From: Tricharina praecox
Taxonomy: Eukaryota
Assembly (NCBI RefSeq): GCF_024521635.1
Contig: NW_026250412.1
Location: 310,001-374,000 of the forward strand
Direction: 5' to 3'
Length of the DNA: 64,000 nt
The position numbers and the translations under genes are program-made. Of the stretch, positions 34,555 to 47,482 are shown in pieces. Position 1 is the stretch's first letter; each line of letters starts with the position of its first letter. The notes beneath the pieces were generated by a model. It saw nothing but the letters and a program-made list of their open reading frames with translations. It had not been told where the DNA came from and did not search any database.

Positions 34555-36295
34555 TCAAGGGGTGTCCGTGGAGAAGCCGATGCTGGCGGCAACAGCTTCT
34601 ATCGGACTGCCGCTGCCAACTGGAAGACCGTTCAATCCGAACTTCTCCAGTAACTTGTCAACCATGACATATTCATCCTGCTCGACGTATCCCACGGGCT
34701 GCTGTCGGAGGAACGACATGACCACCTCTAATGCCTTCTTGGCGTCGTCCTTACTCGGTGCAACCCCGGATGGTGTCCCTGGACTTCCGCTGCCCGATGG
34801 CCCTGTGTGCGATGAAGACGGGGTCATGTGCGGGGAAGCCAATGGGTTGGGAACCTCCGGTATGGGTGATGCAAGCGCTGTCGAGCCCTGGCCAAAGAGC
34901 TTCGGAGTCAATGGCTCCGATGAAGGCGGAGGTGAGATGTAACTCCCGTCCATGGGCATGCACGGGAACGTTTGGGACCGCGGCCTCTGGTGTGTACCGG
35001 GCATGCGGCCCTGTTGGGAAGGAAATCCCGGGCTCGGCTGGGCAGAGTCCGGAGAGAAGAATGGAGATCGCGGCGAAGTTGGTCCTAGTGAATCCCCTGC
35101 ATCGGTAAACGTCCCCAACATGAATGGGCCAGGGCTTCCCGAACCTGAGTGCTGGAACGACTTGTACGAGATGTCCATCGGCATGTACGATTCCGGGGAA
35201 TCGCCGCCATCCTGACTCCTGCAGTGTTTCATGGCCATGGGCGAATCGCCGTCGCCTTCGTGGCAAGCGATCGAACTCACGGTCGAGTCGTTCCTCGAGT
35301 GACCCATCCTGCCCCGCGACATGCCACTCACATCGCTCTCGGATCTCCCCCGTCCGTTTGGATGCACGTTGTTTTTATGTTTGAACTTCTCCAGCCAACT
35401 GGCGCTGTTGGCTTTGAAGTGGCTGTCGGAGATGCCCAAGCTCGTCGCAAAGAACCTGGCCTTTTCGCGAATCATCACGTCCGTCAACGTGATGCCCTGC
35501 TTCCTAGTATTTTTTGCCCACACCGATAATGCGCGCTCTATGTCCGGAAATTTGCCCTTGCTCCGCTTGACTGGCGATCTACTGCCATCATCTGGAAATA
35601 GGTATTTTTCTTTTTGTCGGAGGACTTTGGATACGGTGCTGCAATTTTTTTCCCCCGAAAGTTAGCTGGGGTGCTCATTTCGTTTGGTGGTCAAAACCCC
35701 CTCCAATCGATTGCAAGGCGGTTGCGTGTGGTTACCTTCGTTCAACGCCAAACATCGCTTTTATCAACGCCGCCATTGAGTCAGCCAATTGAGGGTAAAC
35801 AAAGCGCCGGCTTCACCGCCGCCGCCACACGTGCACGTCGACGCGCACAAGGGTGAACGGCAATAGCAGCGGCAGGGGCGGCAAGGCAGGGCAGGATGGA
35901 TCGCATCTTAGCATACCTCCTATCTCGGTCTGCTTCACATTCGGATTCTCCTCGTGGAAAATGCACATTCTCCGGCGGTCAGCATCAGTCAGGGTCCGGC
36001 GCGGACTTGAAGTCGACTGCGTGGGATTACTGGCGGAAGCCGTTATGGCCGCGGCAGCTGCGAGCTGCGGAGGAGCAATTGGCTGCTGTTGCTGTGGCAT
36101 GCCTCCATACTGCGGTTGCTGGCCGGTCTGCATCGATTGTTGTTGTTGTTGTTGGCCCCATTGCTGCGGGAGCCCTAGATAACTGGGAGCTATCGGAATG
36201 GAAGGATTCTGTAGTCTGAAGGAGTCTGGCGGCGCGAAGCCGGAGGCCTCGACATAGCCATAGTGAGCTCCATAATCCTGCTGTTGGTGCTGGTG

Positions 36296-36331
<36 letters not shown>

Positions 36332-36508
36332 GTGTTGGTGGTGCTGCTGGTGATGCGGCGAGAGCGGATGGTGTCCGTGATGGTGATGTTGTTGCTGCTG
36401 CTGCTGTTGCTGCTGCTGCGCGTGATGGTGGTGTTGTTGCTGCATATTTCCCAGGTCAACCCATTGCTGGTCGACGTACCCGTCATGTGGGTTCTGCACA
36501 GCGTCCAT
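34555..36508 (-). CDS. CENP-B/Tc5-type helix-turn-helix DNA-binding protein with a poly-Q/H N-terminus; includes a 22-nt exon (35757-35736)
   Basis: PRRTLTDADRRRMCIFHEENPNVKQTEIG-AMFGVERS-TVSKVLRQKEKYL (psq-like HTH), then KFPDIERALSVWAKN...LTDVMIREKARFFA...FKANSASWLEKFKHKNN (HTH_Tnp_Tc5). No DDE domain follows. Confidence 0.85.
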
Positions 36509-37087
36509 TGCATGCGAGGGAATGTGGGCTATGTAAGGGAGTGACCGGACTGGTATGGCTGGCGTGCAATTGGGGGGTGGGGAGGGGGTGGGTTGAGTTT
36601 GTTGGTGGGGACCAGCAGCAGGCAGCAAGCAAGCACACAGCACAAGCACAGCGAGCACAGCAAAGTACAGCAAGCAAGCACAGGCACAGCAAGGAAATGA
36701 CAAAGAACGACTGGGTACAGATGCTGGCTGACTGACTGGGCTGGCTGGCTGGCTGGCTGAGAGAGAGAGAGTGAGTGAGTGAGAGGGTGAGTGAGTGAGT
36801 GAGTGACTGGCAGACTGGACTGGCTGGGCTTTCTGGAGCAGAAGCGGCGGAAAAGGGAGGGTGGGCAGGCTGGCGGGCGGGCAGCAGCGGGAATGGGAGG
36901 CGACACGACGAGACGACGGTACGGACGGACGACGGGACGGACGGGCGAGGCGAAGGGAAGCAAGTTCGCTCTCGCCTCTGGGTCAGTCCCTTTGGGGGGG
37001 AAGGGGATGGGCTTTGTCCGGGGTTGGATTAGGCTGGGATGAGATGGGTTGGGTTGGGTTTCCGGGGGGTGTTCCAATTTGGCGAGC

Positions 37088-37120
<33 letters not shown>

Positions 37121-37436
37121 GTTGTGGTTTGCCGATTTAGAGGGGGGGGTCGCGTTCTAGCCATGGGAGGAGAGAGGAGAGAGGAGAGTCGGCCAGGTTC
37201 AATTCATCAAGCCAGCGCGGCCGACGAGTCGTCTGTCTGTCTTGTCTGTCTTGTCTGTCAGTTCCCGATGCTCGGGCAGTCTTTCTGTCTCCTTGTTTGG
37301 TGTGTGTTGCGTGAGTGTCTTTCCATCGCATCAAAGCCCTTCCCCCTTTTGTCCCAACCCAACCCAACCAACAGTCCGGTCCCAGATTGAAGCTCGATTC
37401 GAGAAGCAGCTCTTCGGGATCCGAACAGCCAGCTGG

Positions 37437-37485
37437 GAATCAGGAATCAGGAATCAGGAATCAGGAATCAGGAATCAGGATCAGG
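37437..37485. repeat. (GAATCAG)n heptamer repeat
   Basis: Direct reading. Confidence 0.9.
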
Positions 37486-39406
37486 ATCGAATGGAATTTC
37501 CTTTTTTCCTTTTTTCCTTTCTAGGGAGTAATTAGCGTACAGCAGAGCACTCTACATAATCCCGCCGAACCCCATTCGGGTGATTTCTTCGCAGCTGTCC
37601 GAGCGGGAAATCCAAGGAAAAAACACTCAAGAAACGCCCCGAAAAGAAAACAAAATCCAACAGGCGGGCAGGCAGGCAACAAAAAGGTCTCCAATAATCC
37701 ACGGCGATTTCGGAGATCCCTTTTTCCGCCTCCTCCCCCAGACCCAGACCCAAACCGGACAGGTGCCCTGTCTGTCGTCTCGCTCTCGCCCGGCTTCCTG
37801 TCAGACAAGGGGGCAAGCAAGCAAGCAAAAGGTTCGGCAGCAGCCATAACCGTCACCTTGGGGGGGATGGGGGGGACACCACGGAAGTCGCAGCCATCCA
37901 GCAGCCAGAGCTCATCGCAAAGGCAAAGGCGACGGCGAAGACCAACCTGCAAAAAAAGGAAGAAAGCAGCACGAAAAAAAGAAAAGAAAAAAGGGAACCC
38001 CCTGGATATAGTATCGATACAGGGATCACTGAAAGTTCTGGAAGTTGTTGTGGATGCCGCCCACCGTAGTTACGCCGCCCACCGATGCGGTAGGTAACGC
38101 GATCCATCAAAAACAAAAGGCCGCGCTGTCTCTCTCTCCTCTCCCACGCGCGCGCACTTCTATATGATGATGCCGCCATACATAACATAAGCAAGTATAT
38201 CCCGTACCCGTGCCTGCCTACATACATCATGTATCTAGGGGGAGGGGGGAGGGTGAGCTGCGTGCAGCGATGTGTCCTTTCTCCCTAGATACCGTCCATA
38301 TAGTACCGTATGTGAGCATCAACATCAACATCCGCCCTCGGAAGAAGAGCACTCGCTTAAGCTGCAGCACAATGGCGTCTATCCATCTACTCACATCACC
38401 AGAACCAACACCCGTGCAACCGAACCAAAACCAACGCCAAGTGAGCACAGCCATGATGTGTGTAGAGTACGGCAGCAGCAGCAAGCAAGCCACTCGGAAC
38501 ATTCTTTGATAGAATTAAGGTACTTTAATATTCCACGGAACACGGCTGAGCGCCAGGTAGCGAGAAAAGGAGGGGGGGAGGGACAATCCAAAAAAAAAAA
38601 ACAAATCCCGAAAACGAAAAGAAAAAACACCTCATTGCTACCCAGCACAGCCCTGTCTTTAAGAAGAAGAAGGCGGCCAGGGGGGAGGGGAGAAATCAAA
38701 GTTGTATGGATGACGTTTGCCCTCTGCTCATCCCGTTCATGCACGGAAGCTGCAGCCTCGCCTTCTCGAACACTTCCACTTGCAATGCAGCCCGCATAAC
38801 ATAAACGCCACAAGCGCTCATGCACACACACAGCTGCTGGCCAAGGCCGGAGTGTAGAGTACGGTACCTGAAAAGCGGCTGGGCCACTGGGGGCCTGCGG
38901 GCCTGCGGCAATTTGGAATTTAGACCTCCACAGTCCACTCGACGACGTGCGGCGAGGGCTCAATATCACTATCTAGATGGCCAAAGTAGAGTAGAGTGGA
39001 GTACGTTGCCCCCCCAATTCTTGGCCAGACAATCAATCAATCAATTCACTCCCCCCGGTGTATGTAAATTGGGGGCACGTAGAGGACACCAGAAATTAAG
39101 ACCGAACAGGTTTGTAATCAAGGTCACATGGTGGTGGTGCCGGTGGATGTCACAATATTGCCCGTCTAGGGAGATATATCATATGTAGACCACCATCAGG
39201 AGAATAAGTACGCGTAGATTATGGCTAAAGTAGCCGTTCAGATGAAGGTTGCGAGATGTTGTTTTCCATAGAGTACTTAACAGCGCCCAGCGGGTCATTT
39301 GCCTGTTTCCTCCCCCCCTCCCCCCGGTTCCCTTCCATATCCTTCCATTTTGAGCGCCGAAAGTGAAACCAAGTATATTGACAAAATTCACAGAAACAAA
39401 CCGAAA

Positions 39407-41240
39407 TCACTTTTTGACGATAGTAACCTGGTGGCAAGAACGAAGGTTAGTTTATATCCCGGAATCCCCGCGCACCGCCGCCGCCGCTTGGGAGCACTTA
39501 CGACGTCCTCGTCCTCCAGCACATGTGACAAACCCACTCGCTGGCCCTGATGCTTTACGCTCCGACCGTACACCACAGCACATTTGAAGGTGTCGATGAT
39601 GGTCTTGTGGATGGATCGGCACTGGATGGATATTCCGTCAGTTTAGGCAATTGCATGTCCAGGGGGGACGCGAATGGAACTAACGAAGTCTTCGACGCTG
39701 CAGGCTCCAGATCGCAGGACAACGGGGGATGTGTAGTCGGGTAATTGCCCTGTCCCGCGATTAGCTATCAGGTTGTTCCCGAATATGGAAACCCAGCTCA
39801 CCCTTTGGCTTGGTGTAGATGCGCTTGAGGTTCAACTTCTCCCACATCATCTCCAGAAGTTCATCGACATTCCAACCCTGTTACGCCATCAGTCAGTCTT
39901 TGGATAAATAACACGGCAGAATTAATCCGGATGTACCTTCTCCGACGAGATCGGCACCGAGTTGGGAATTCGGTATAGTAAATCAAGCTCCTCAATTGTG
40001 ATGGCGTCGATCTTGTTCAGGGCATAGACGACGGGTATATATCTCCGACTCTTCTCTTCAATGACATCGATCAGATCATCGATGGTAGCATCGCACCGGA
40101 AGGCGATGTCTGCCGAGATGATCTTGTACTCGCTCATGACGGCACGGATTTCCTATTTGATGGTTAGCTCAGCGATCACTCGACCTCCGAAAAAATAATC
40201 TCACGTCATTGTCCAGGTGTGTGAGCGGTACTGTGCTCGTGACGGAAACACCACCCTTATCCTTCTTCCTGAAGACAATATTCGGTGGCTCCTTGTTTAT
40301 CCGGATACCGAATCCTTCCAGTTCCGCCTCGATGATCTTCTTGTCGGTGAGGGGCTTGTTGACATCCAGCACGATGAAAATCAGGTTGCACTGCTTGGCC
40401 ACGGAAATGACTTGTCGACCACGTCCTTTTCCGTCCTTTGCTCCCTCGATGATACCGGGAAGATCCAGCATCTGAATCTTCGCTCCATTGAAAACAACAC
40501 AACCAGGGACGGTAGTAAGCTGTGCCCTTGTTAGTCTGATGCTCACGGTTCTAGGACGCAGAATTTCGACGTACGGTGGTGAACTCGTAGTCGGCGGCCT
40601 CCGAGTGAGTTCCGGTGAGCAGATTCAAAAGCGTACTCTTTCCGACGGACGGGAATCCTAGGCGGCTCAGCACTGCGCGACATCCCGAAAATTAGAGTAG
40701 AGAGGAATGTACCGATGAAACCACTACCAAGATGTTAGCCTAGACTCCACCAAACAACACCACCACACAACGCCTAAAGGGCGGGAATCACATACACACT
40801 CGCCACACCAGTTCTGGCAACATCGAAACCGACTATCCAACGGAATCAGCACCACCATGCGCCCGCAGCGAGTTGAATTTTCCGCATACCTCCAGCACCA
40901 CCTCCGCCGGCACCCGAAGGCGTGACAAGTTCTTTCCGTAGCTTAGCGAGCTTCGCCTTCAATTGACCCAAATGACTGCAACCGTCGTGTGAGCCCAATC
41001 ATGAATTGGCGCGTTGGGGAAGAAATATCGGCACTCACTAGGAAGTGGCCTTGTTTTTCTGCGTTTTGGCTGTCGGAGAGTTAACACCACATGCGCTATG
41101 CACCAACAATCGGGGGTCGGCGTGTACATACCCATCTCATCCTCAATCTGCTTGATCTTTTCCACTGCATGCTGTTAGAACAGTATCTTGCGTCGACTGT
41201 AATGGTGCGCTGTCGCTGCGGGCTTACCGGTGGTCGACAT
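39407..41240 (-). CDS. RBG1: Developmentally regulated GTP-binding protein 1 (Rbg1/DRG1), many short exons
   Basis: [74 protein letters not shown], and the TGS end [26 protein letters not shown]. Confidence 0.95.
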
Positions 41241-42406
41241 GGTGGCGGTAGGTGATTTTCAAAGTCTTCCGTGACGGGGTGTATGTGATCTTGTCGTAAA
41301 GCCGCGTTTCGTTCGACGCAGGCGTGGTTCGTGAATTCGGTAAGCTTCGTTGGTATGGTGGCGTCGCCGTGAATGTGGGGTTCGTGTCAGAAGATTGATG
41401 GTTTAGTGGGGCTCAAGAAATGGATGGCCGCTTGCAGGAAAGCAGGGTAATTGCGGCATGGCCTATTGCGGATCTGAATGCCGCTCCGTCGAGCGTCCGG
41501 CACCTGCGTCAACCATGTGGCTAGGGCCGGCCTTCCTCTAAAACGTTCGGACCGCTGGCCAAGATCTTTCCGATTGCAGCTGGTGAACGGCAGTTCACTC
41601 TGCAGCAGAAAGTACCCGGATGTAGCTATATCCCGTATTGTATGGAGAGTTTATATCAGTTGCGCTGGAGGCACTCGCCTGCAGAACACCTACCTATGTG
41701 TGTACGTATTCAGGATATGATAGCAAGCTGAGGCACCTATCTGTCTATGGAGTCTCAGCCGTGTCGTGGCATACCGATAAGGAGCGAGAGAGCGAAAGCC
41801 GGCGGCCGTCCTCGTCTTGCGGCGCATATCATCGGCAGGCCCAAAGTCAGACGGACACACTCAAAAGCCATCCATCGACAGCTGACCATGCGCCGCCGCA
41901 ACGACGCAGTGACCTCCCTCCACCCAAGACCGCTTCTCTCTCTCCAGATGCTCAGTCCGGTTAATCTATGCGTGCCGTTGCTGGTTGTCGGGACTGAGCA
42001 CAACACCAACCCCCATATATGCGCCAATCGGTTATCAGAGGAACTCCCAAAGATCTTCACCTGCAGCTTCTGGCGCTAATTGGTCACAATAGGGCTCGGG
42101 TGTGCATCATCAAGCTCAGCTGTTGAGACAGGTACCTGCCGGTAACTACATTCTCTCTTTTTGAAGGAGGTACGCGAATCTTCACTTCTATATTCAACTT
42201 GGATCTACCTACCACTCCAACTGCTAGGCTCTTACGATGGCCAGCTTAAAGATCAACGTCCCTCCTCCGGGAATCATCGCCTCGCCCACCGAAATCCTTC
42301 CGAGCTTTTGCCATAGCCCGGAACTCTCCCTTACCTACTTCACCATCAGCAACAATCCCCCAAACCCACGGCCCGCCAACGAAACCGCCAAAAAACAACA
42401 GCCACA

Positions 42407-43307
42407 ATGCCGGCCCCGAACCTACGATCGTTTTCCCACGAGCTCACCGATGTCTGCACCCAGCCAATGGGCTCCGCCTGCAAGAAACATAGCCCTCCGC
42501 CTGTCCCGGACGCCTTCCACAGCCTCGTCGAGGACATCAACATAATCCTGGGCCCTTCTTCGGGCATCAACAGCTCAGATGTCGACGTGCAAGACCTCAT
42601 GCGCGCCATGGGCGACTATACATCTGTCGAACGTGACTGGGCGGAGTACGCCCACGCCGACTACAGTCGTAACTACACACGGAACTTTGTCGATCACGGC
42701 AACGGGAAGGCGAATCTTCTGATTCTCGTGTGGTCGCCTGGAAAGGGCTCTTTGATCCATGATCATGCTGGTGCTCACTGCATCATGAAGGTTCTTTCTT
42801 CTTCCTTCCGCATGCACACTTCTTTATTCTGACGCATATCAACGAAGGTGTTGAAAGGTACTCTGCGGGAGACCCAGTACGAGATGCCATCGGATGCTTC
42901 GGGTGCTTCGGGTGCTTCGGGTGCTTCGGGTGCCCAGCCATTGAAGGTTAGGAAAACCTCGCTTTACAACAATGACGCTGTGACCTACATTTCCGACGAC
43001 GTAAGTGCCCGCAGCACCAACTCTCACTTACGGCTACTAACCACCAGCAGATTGGACTTCACAAGATCCAGAATGAGAGCTCGGACGATGTGGCTGTGTC
43101 ATTGCACCTCTACACGCCCCCATGGGCGGCAAAACGTACGTACCACCATCCTGTCTTCACCCCTGTTAATGCTCTCGGACTAACAGTATTATAGGCGGCT
43201 GCTACTGCTTTGACGAACAGACCAGCAAGAAGACGAAAGTCGAGATGTGCAACTACTACTCCGTCCACGGAGTCGTCAAGCAGCCATTGAAGGTCCGCAG
43301 TTGCTAG
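42407..43307 (+). CDS. CDO1: Cysteine dioxygenase, 4 exons
   Basis: [61 protein letters not shown] and [10 protein letters not shown]. Confidence 0.93.
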
Positions 43308-44812
43308 GGTGGGGGGGGCCGGAGATAGGAATACCATACTAACCTGCGGCTTTTTCTTCATTTTCTCCCTTCATTTTCTTTTCTTCATTTTCTTCATTTT
43401 CTTCATTTTTTTGGGTTGGGGGTTTTCTTTTGGGCGCATACTTCATCAGATTGATTCGGAGCTGGTGCGATTTTGGTATTGATGTATTCTTACTAGGTAC
43501 ATGATCTATGTATGACGATTTGATGGCTTCAATATGACTGGATTTTTTGGATCTTCCAAGTTCTGGCTTGTGATCGGCCCCATGTGGGGGTGTCCGGCCG
43601 GGAAATGCTGGTAAGGTGGCGGCACAATCGAGAGTCGGAACAGGCTTTGGCTCTCTGTGGTTCTTTGATCGAGTACCTGTATCTTCTGGGTCGAGCAAAG
43701 GGCCATAAACTGCTGGTGCGCGGTAGGTGGTGGCAGTAGGGTGCGATAACTGCGGTAATCGGAAGCCTGACTACTCGTGGGATTGCATGTTTTTCCGTGC
43801 CGAATTTCTCAAGACCGAGTGAGAAACTGAAGCTCTGCATCAGCCGTCACTTACCGGTGGAAGATCTCCGCAGACCATTTTGGAAGTTCCAGCCTGACTT
43901 TGTGGAATTGACTTTGTGGAAATCACGTTTCTTTGACTTCAAGAAGAGCCCGCCCTTTTTTTTTTTAGGTTCAATCATCTTGCATTTGACCATACCTATT
44001 AGATCATGACAGTTACGGGCCGGCTCCGCCCCACTGTCTGAAACCGCAGAAGCCTGAAGGGCCCGCGCCCGAGTTCAATGGACCGAGCGGGGCTAATTTG
44101 CCGGGTGACATTTCGTGACGTGCCATATGTACCACCAACCGCAACAGACACAATGCAGCCATTGAGGCGCAGCACGCAGATGGCAGCCATCGTCGCCATC
44201 GATACCCCATTTCCCGGCACTGGCCCAATATCCGAAAGTCCGACATCCATTTATTTCATCTACATACATTCCGCAGCAGTCATCGGAAAAGTCGTGTGCC
44301 GACCCGACCATACCAGACCAGACCACCGCCACGCAATCGTTTCCATACAGACAGGTTTTGGGACTACGGCCGGCGCAGTGCGGCTTCGAGATATCTACCT
44401 ATGCTCTATTAATATACTCTACCCACGGATGTAAGGGCTTATGGAAGGGCGGAGGGAGATTCATCGATTCGTCAGTGGCTGGATGGCTGACTGGCTGGCG
44501 CGGCTGGTTTCACTCGACGGATTTCCTGGCCTTGACAGTAACCCTGGTGGGACGACAGGCCCCCAGCCAATCCTATGATAACTGCCAGGTGCCAGCCTGA
44601 GACGCAACCTCTCCTTCCACTTCGTTCAACTCAATCATCCCGTTACCAAGTCGAACGACCACCTTCAACCACCCCTTAAAGTACTTGTCTCTTTCCGGAG
44701 GAAAAAAAAAACTTTCTGTTCGATATCCATGATCACAGCGAGTCGACAATAGCACCAGCTCGAGGACATACTCTACATCGTTAGCTCCACACATCACTCC
44801 ACCCCACACGAG

Positions 44813-46108
44813 ATGTTTCCCAACCTGAACGACCGGCAATCCGCCTTTCTCGAGAACAAGACACAGCGTCTACTGCGAGCCGTGGAGCGTGCGCGCTCCC
44901 AATTTCTAGCGAAGTCGCGCTCGCAAAGGTGGGTTCCACGGGTTCCCTCGGCGATGGAAGAGCTACCCCGCTCCCCGCACCGAACACAACCTCGCTCTCC
45001 GAAACTGACAGCCTGCAGCAGCGTGTGCGGCGCAACGTCGGGCTCGTATCTCGACCGCCTGCCACTGGAGCTCATCATCAGCATCTTCGGCTATACGGAA
45101 TGGCGCGACGTGGTGCGATTGCGGATGGTGTGCAGTGCGTTTAAGGGGTTGGTGGACGCCCACGAGCATGTCATCGTAGGCACGATGATCCGGTTCGGAG
45201 GCGCGGATATGACGCTGCTCACGCAGCTATTCCTCCCGCCGAAGGCTAGGGACCCGCAGCAGGGTAGGAAGCCGAACCTCATGTACCTCCACTCGCTGGA
45301 ACGACGGAACAGAACGTGTAGCGACCTGGCGTACAGCCTCGCTTCACGGGCAGTCACCCCGCTTTTCAACCGCCTCAGGGAGAGCGCGGCACTATCGCAT
45401 AGGAAGGATAAGAAGGATTTCGAGACGCGGAAGGAACAGGCGATTGAACATATCCAGCGCCGACTACTAAGGCAGCTCTACTACGTCGAACACTTCCTGA
45501 TCAACACCCGGCTGTACCTCAGCTCGAACCTCGTCACCGTCGCCAGGGAGAATACACATGCCGATGGTCCGCCGACGGCCGCGATGCTGACGCAGATCTA
45601 CCGCGAAGTGCAGGAGTCGATTGTTACGACGTGGTCGGACGGCGCGATTATCAGCACACACCACGCTTTCCACTTCCTCGTCAACACTGTCCGGCTGTCG
45701 CTATCCCCCGAGCCGCCGCATAATACCAACGACGACACGGTGTCGGTGATGCTGCGGTGTACGAATCCACTGCAAAGGTGCAGCGAATTCTTTGCTGCCG
45801 ACTCCCCAGGAAGCCCGAGTCGTCTGCGTAAAAAGTTTATGATGGATATGCAGGATGAGAAGGAGAAGGCTGAGTTGCTAGCAAGTGTGGTTTTTGGTGG
45901 GGATAGAAAGGTCGGGAAGAGGAGGGCTAGTGGGATGGTTAAGGATCTACCATGGGCTCCGAGGATGGGAGAGGTTTGGTTCGAGGTGGCGAGGAATGAA
46001 CTTAGGAAGAGGGGACTCGAACAACATGCCGCTGACGGCTTGTTCAGATTTCCGGAAGTGCAGGGCGAGGTGATGATCGGGTGTCCTGGATGCCAGGTTG
46101 TAACGTAG
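44813..46108 (+). CDS. F-box domain protein (intronless ORF, 431 aa)
   Basis: F-box YLDRLPLELIISIFGYTEWRDVVRLRMVCSAFKGLV. The true start may be a downstream Met. Confidence 0.8.
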   Translation: MFPNLNDRQSAFLENKTQRLLRAVERARSQFLAKSRSQRWVPRVPSAMEELPRSPHRTQPRSPKLTACSSVCGATSGSYLDRLPLELIISIFGYTEWRDVVRLRMVCSAFKGLVDAHEHVIVGTMIRFGGADMTLLTQLFLPPKARDPQQGRKPNLMYLHSLERRNRTCSDLAYSLASRAVTPLFNRLRESAALSHRKDKKDFETRKEQAIEHIQRRLLRQLYYVEHFLINTRLYLSSNLVTVARENTHADGPPTAAMLTQIYREVQESIVTTWSDGAIISTHHAFHFLVNTVRLSLSPEPPHNTNDDTVSVMLRCTNPLQRCSEFFAADSPGSPSRLRKKFMMDMQDEKEKAELLASVVFGGDRKVGKRRASGMVKDLPWAPRMGEVWFEVARNELRKRGLEQHAADGLFRFPEVQGEVMIGCPGCQVVT

Positions 46109-46302
46109 TGATGGATGGAGTCGCTTTTTTGTTGGACCTTGTATTTGTTTTTTTGGGGAGTTAGATACCACGAGCAGTTGTTATTGATAGTATAGGCGCA
46201 CACAAAAATGATATTCCTGATCACGTAAAGTACAATAGAGTATATAAAATTCTCCAAACTCCTGTAGTAAATGCAAAGCATGATTTTATCGCTCCCATGC
46301 CA

Positions 46303-47175
46303 CTAAAACTCGAAGAAATCGTCGTTTTCGATGGTGTCCTTAACAAGCTCAGGGTTTGTCTTTCGTTTTGTCTTGTTGCTGCCGTCTTTCTTCTCCTTCT
46401 TCTCCTTCCTCTCTTTCGGCTTCTCTGTAGGTGTTTTTTCCGTAGTCTGCTTCTCCGACTTCTCCGGCTTCGCGGGTTTCAGTGTCTTCGCCTTCTCCGA
46501 CTTCTTGGGTTTCAGTATCTTCTTCTCGGGCATCGATTCCTCGGACTCCACGGCCTCCTCCTGCTGCTCCTCTACCGCCTCCTCCTCACCACCCGCCTCA
46601 TCGCCGGTAGTCCACCTGCCCAGAGTCCCCTTCTCCATCCTCCTCTTGATATCGTTCTTGATCTCGTCACGCTTCTCCTTGACACCACCGGCATCGCCCG
46701 GGTCCTTGAAGAGCGAGATGTACTTCTCGCCGTCGGGGAAGTACAGCGTGTAATTCAGCTCGACCCTCGCATCCTCCAGGTCCTCGCTCACGTCCCCGCC
46801 CGCGGCATGTTCCTTCTCGAGCTTTTTCACGCGGCGCGTCGCTTTTTGCCGTTCTGTTTGCCACTGTTAGCTGGTGGGTCGACCGGCGGTGGTGGGGCGG
46901 TGGTGGGGAAAGGGTATGATACCAAAGAAGCGGACCATCTGGTATTTCTTGCGGATCTCATAGTCGCGGCGGCTCTTTGCTGCGACGGAGAGTTCAAGCT
47001 CGTAGGCAGCGAGCGCGCGCTCGTGGTCAGCGCGTACGGGCGCGGACAGAGACGGCTGTGTGAGAAGTCGCCGTGTGTCGCGGAGCTTCTTTTTGAGTGT
47101 CGAGACGGACTTGGTGCGTGTGTTGTATGAGGTTTTGGGTTTGTAGGTGCCTTTTACGTGACGTTGGGGCGGCAT
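46303..47175 (-). CDS. EFG1: rRNA-processing protein Efg1, 2 exons
   Basis: SVSTLKKKLRDTRRLL...ERALAAYELEL...KKYQMVRFF-ERQKATRRVKKL...ELNYTLYFPDGEKYISLF, ending DDFFEF. Confidence 0.93.
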
Positions 47176-47482
47176 TATTGCGAGTGTGGGGTGGACGGGC
47201 GGTGATGGGTGCGTTGGTGGGGAGTGAAGATGAGGTGAACTTTGTGACCCGCGATTTTTTTGGACGGACTAGGTGCATTAGAATTAGTGCCTCATGAAGA
47301 TTCACTCGCAATCATTGATCGATGACGCTCAGTTTCATATTTCGTAAACTCAACAGAAAGAGCCAACGCCATAACACCCGTCCTATCTCAATCTCTCTAC
47401 TATGTAGTCTCCTCCCCAGGGATATGGAATCTACCCATCATCAGTATACCGTTCCCGGCCTAATCTCCAGGAAGAAGCCAAC

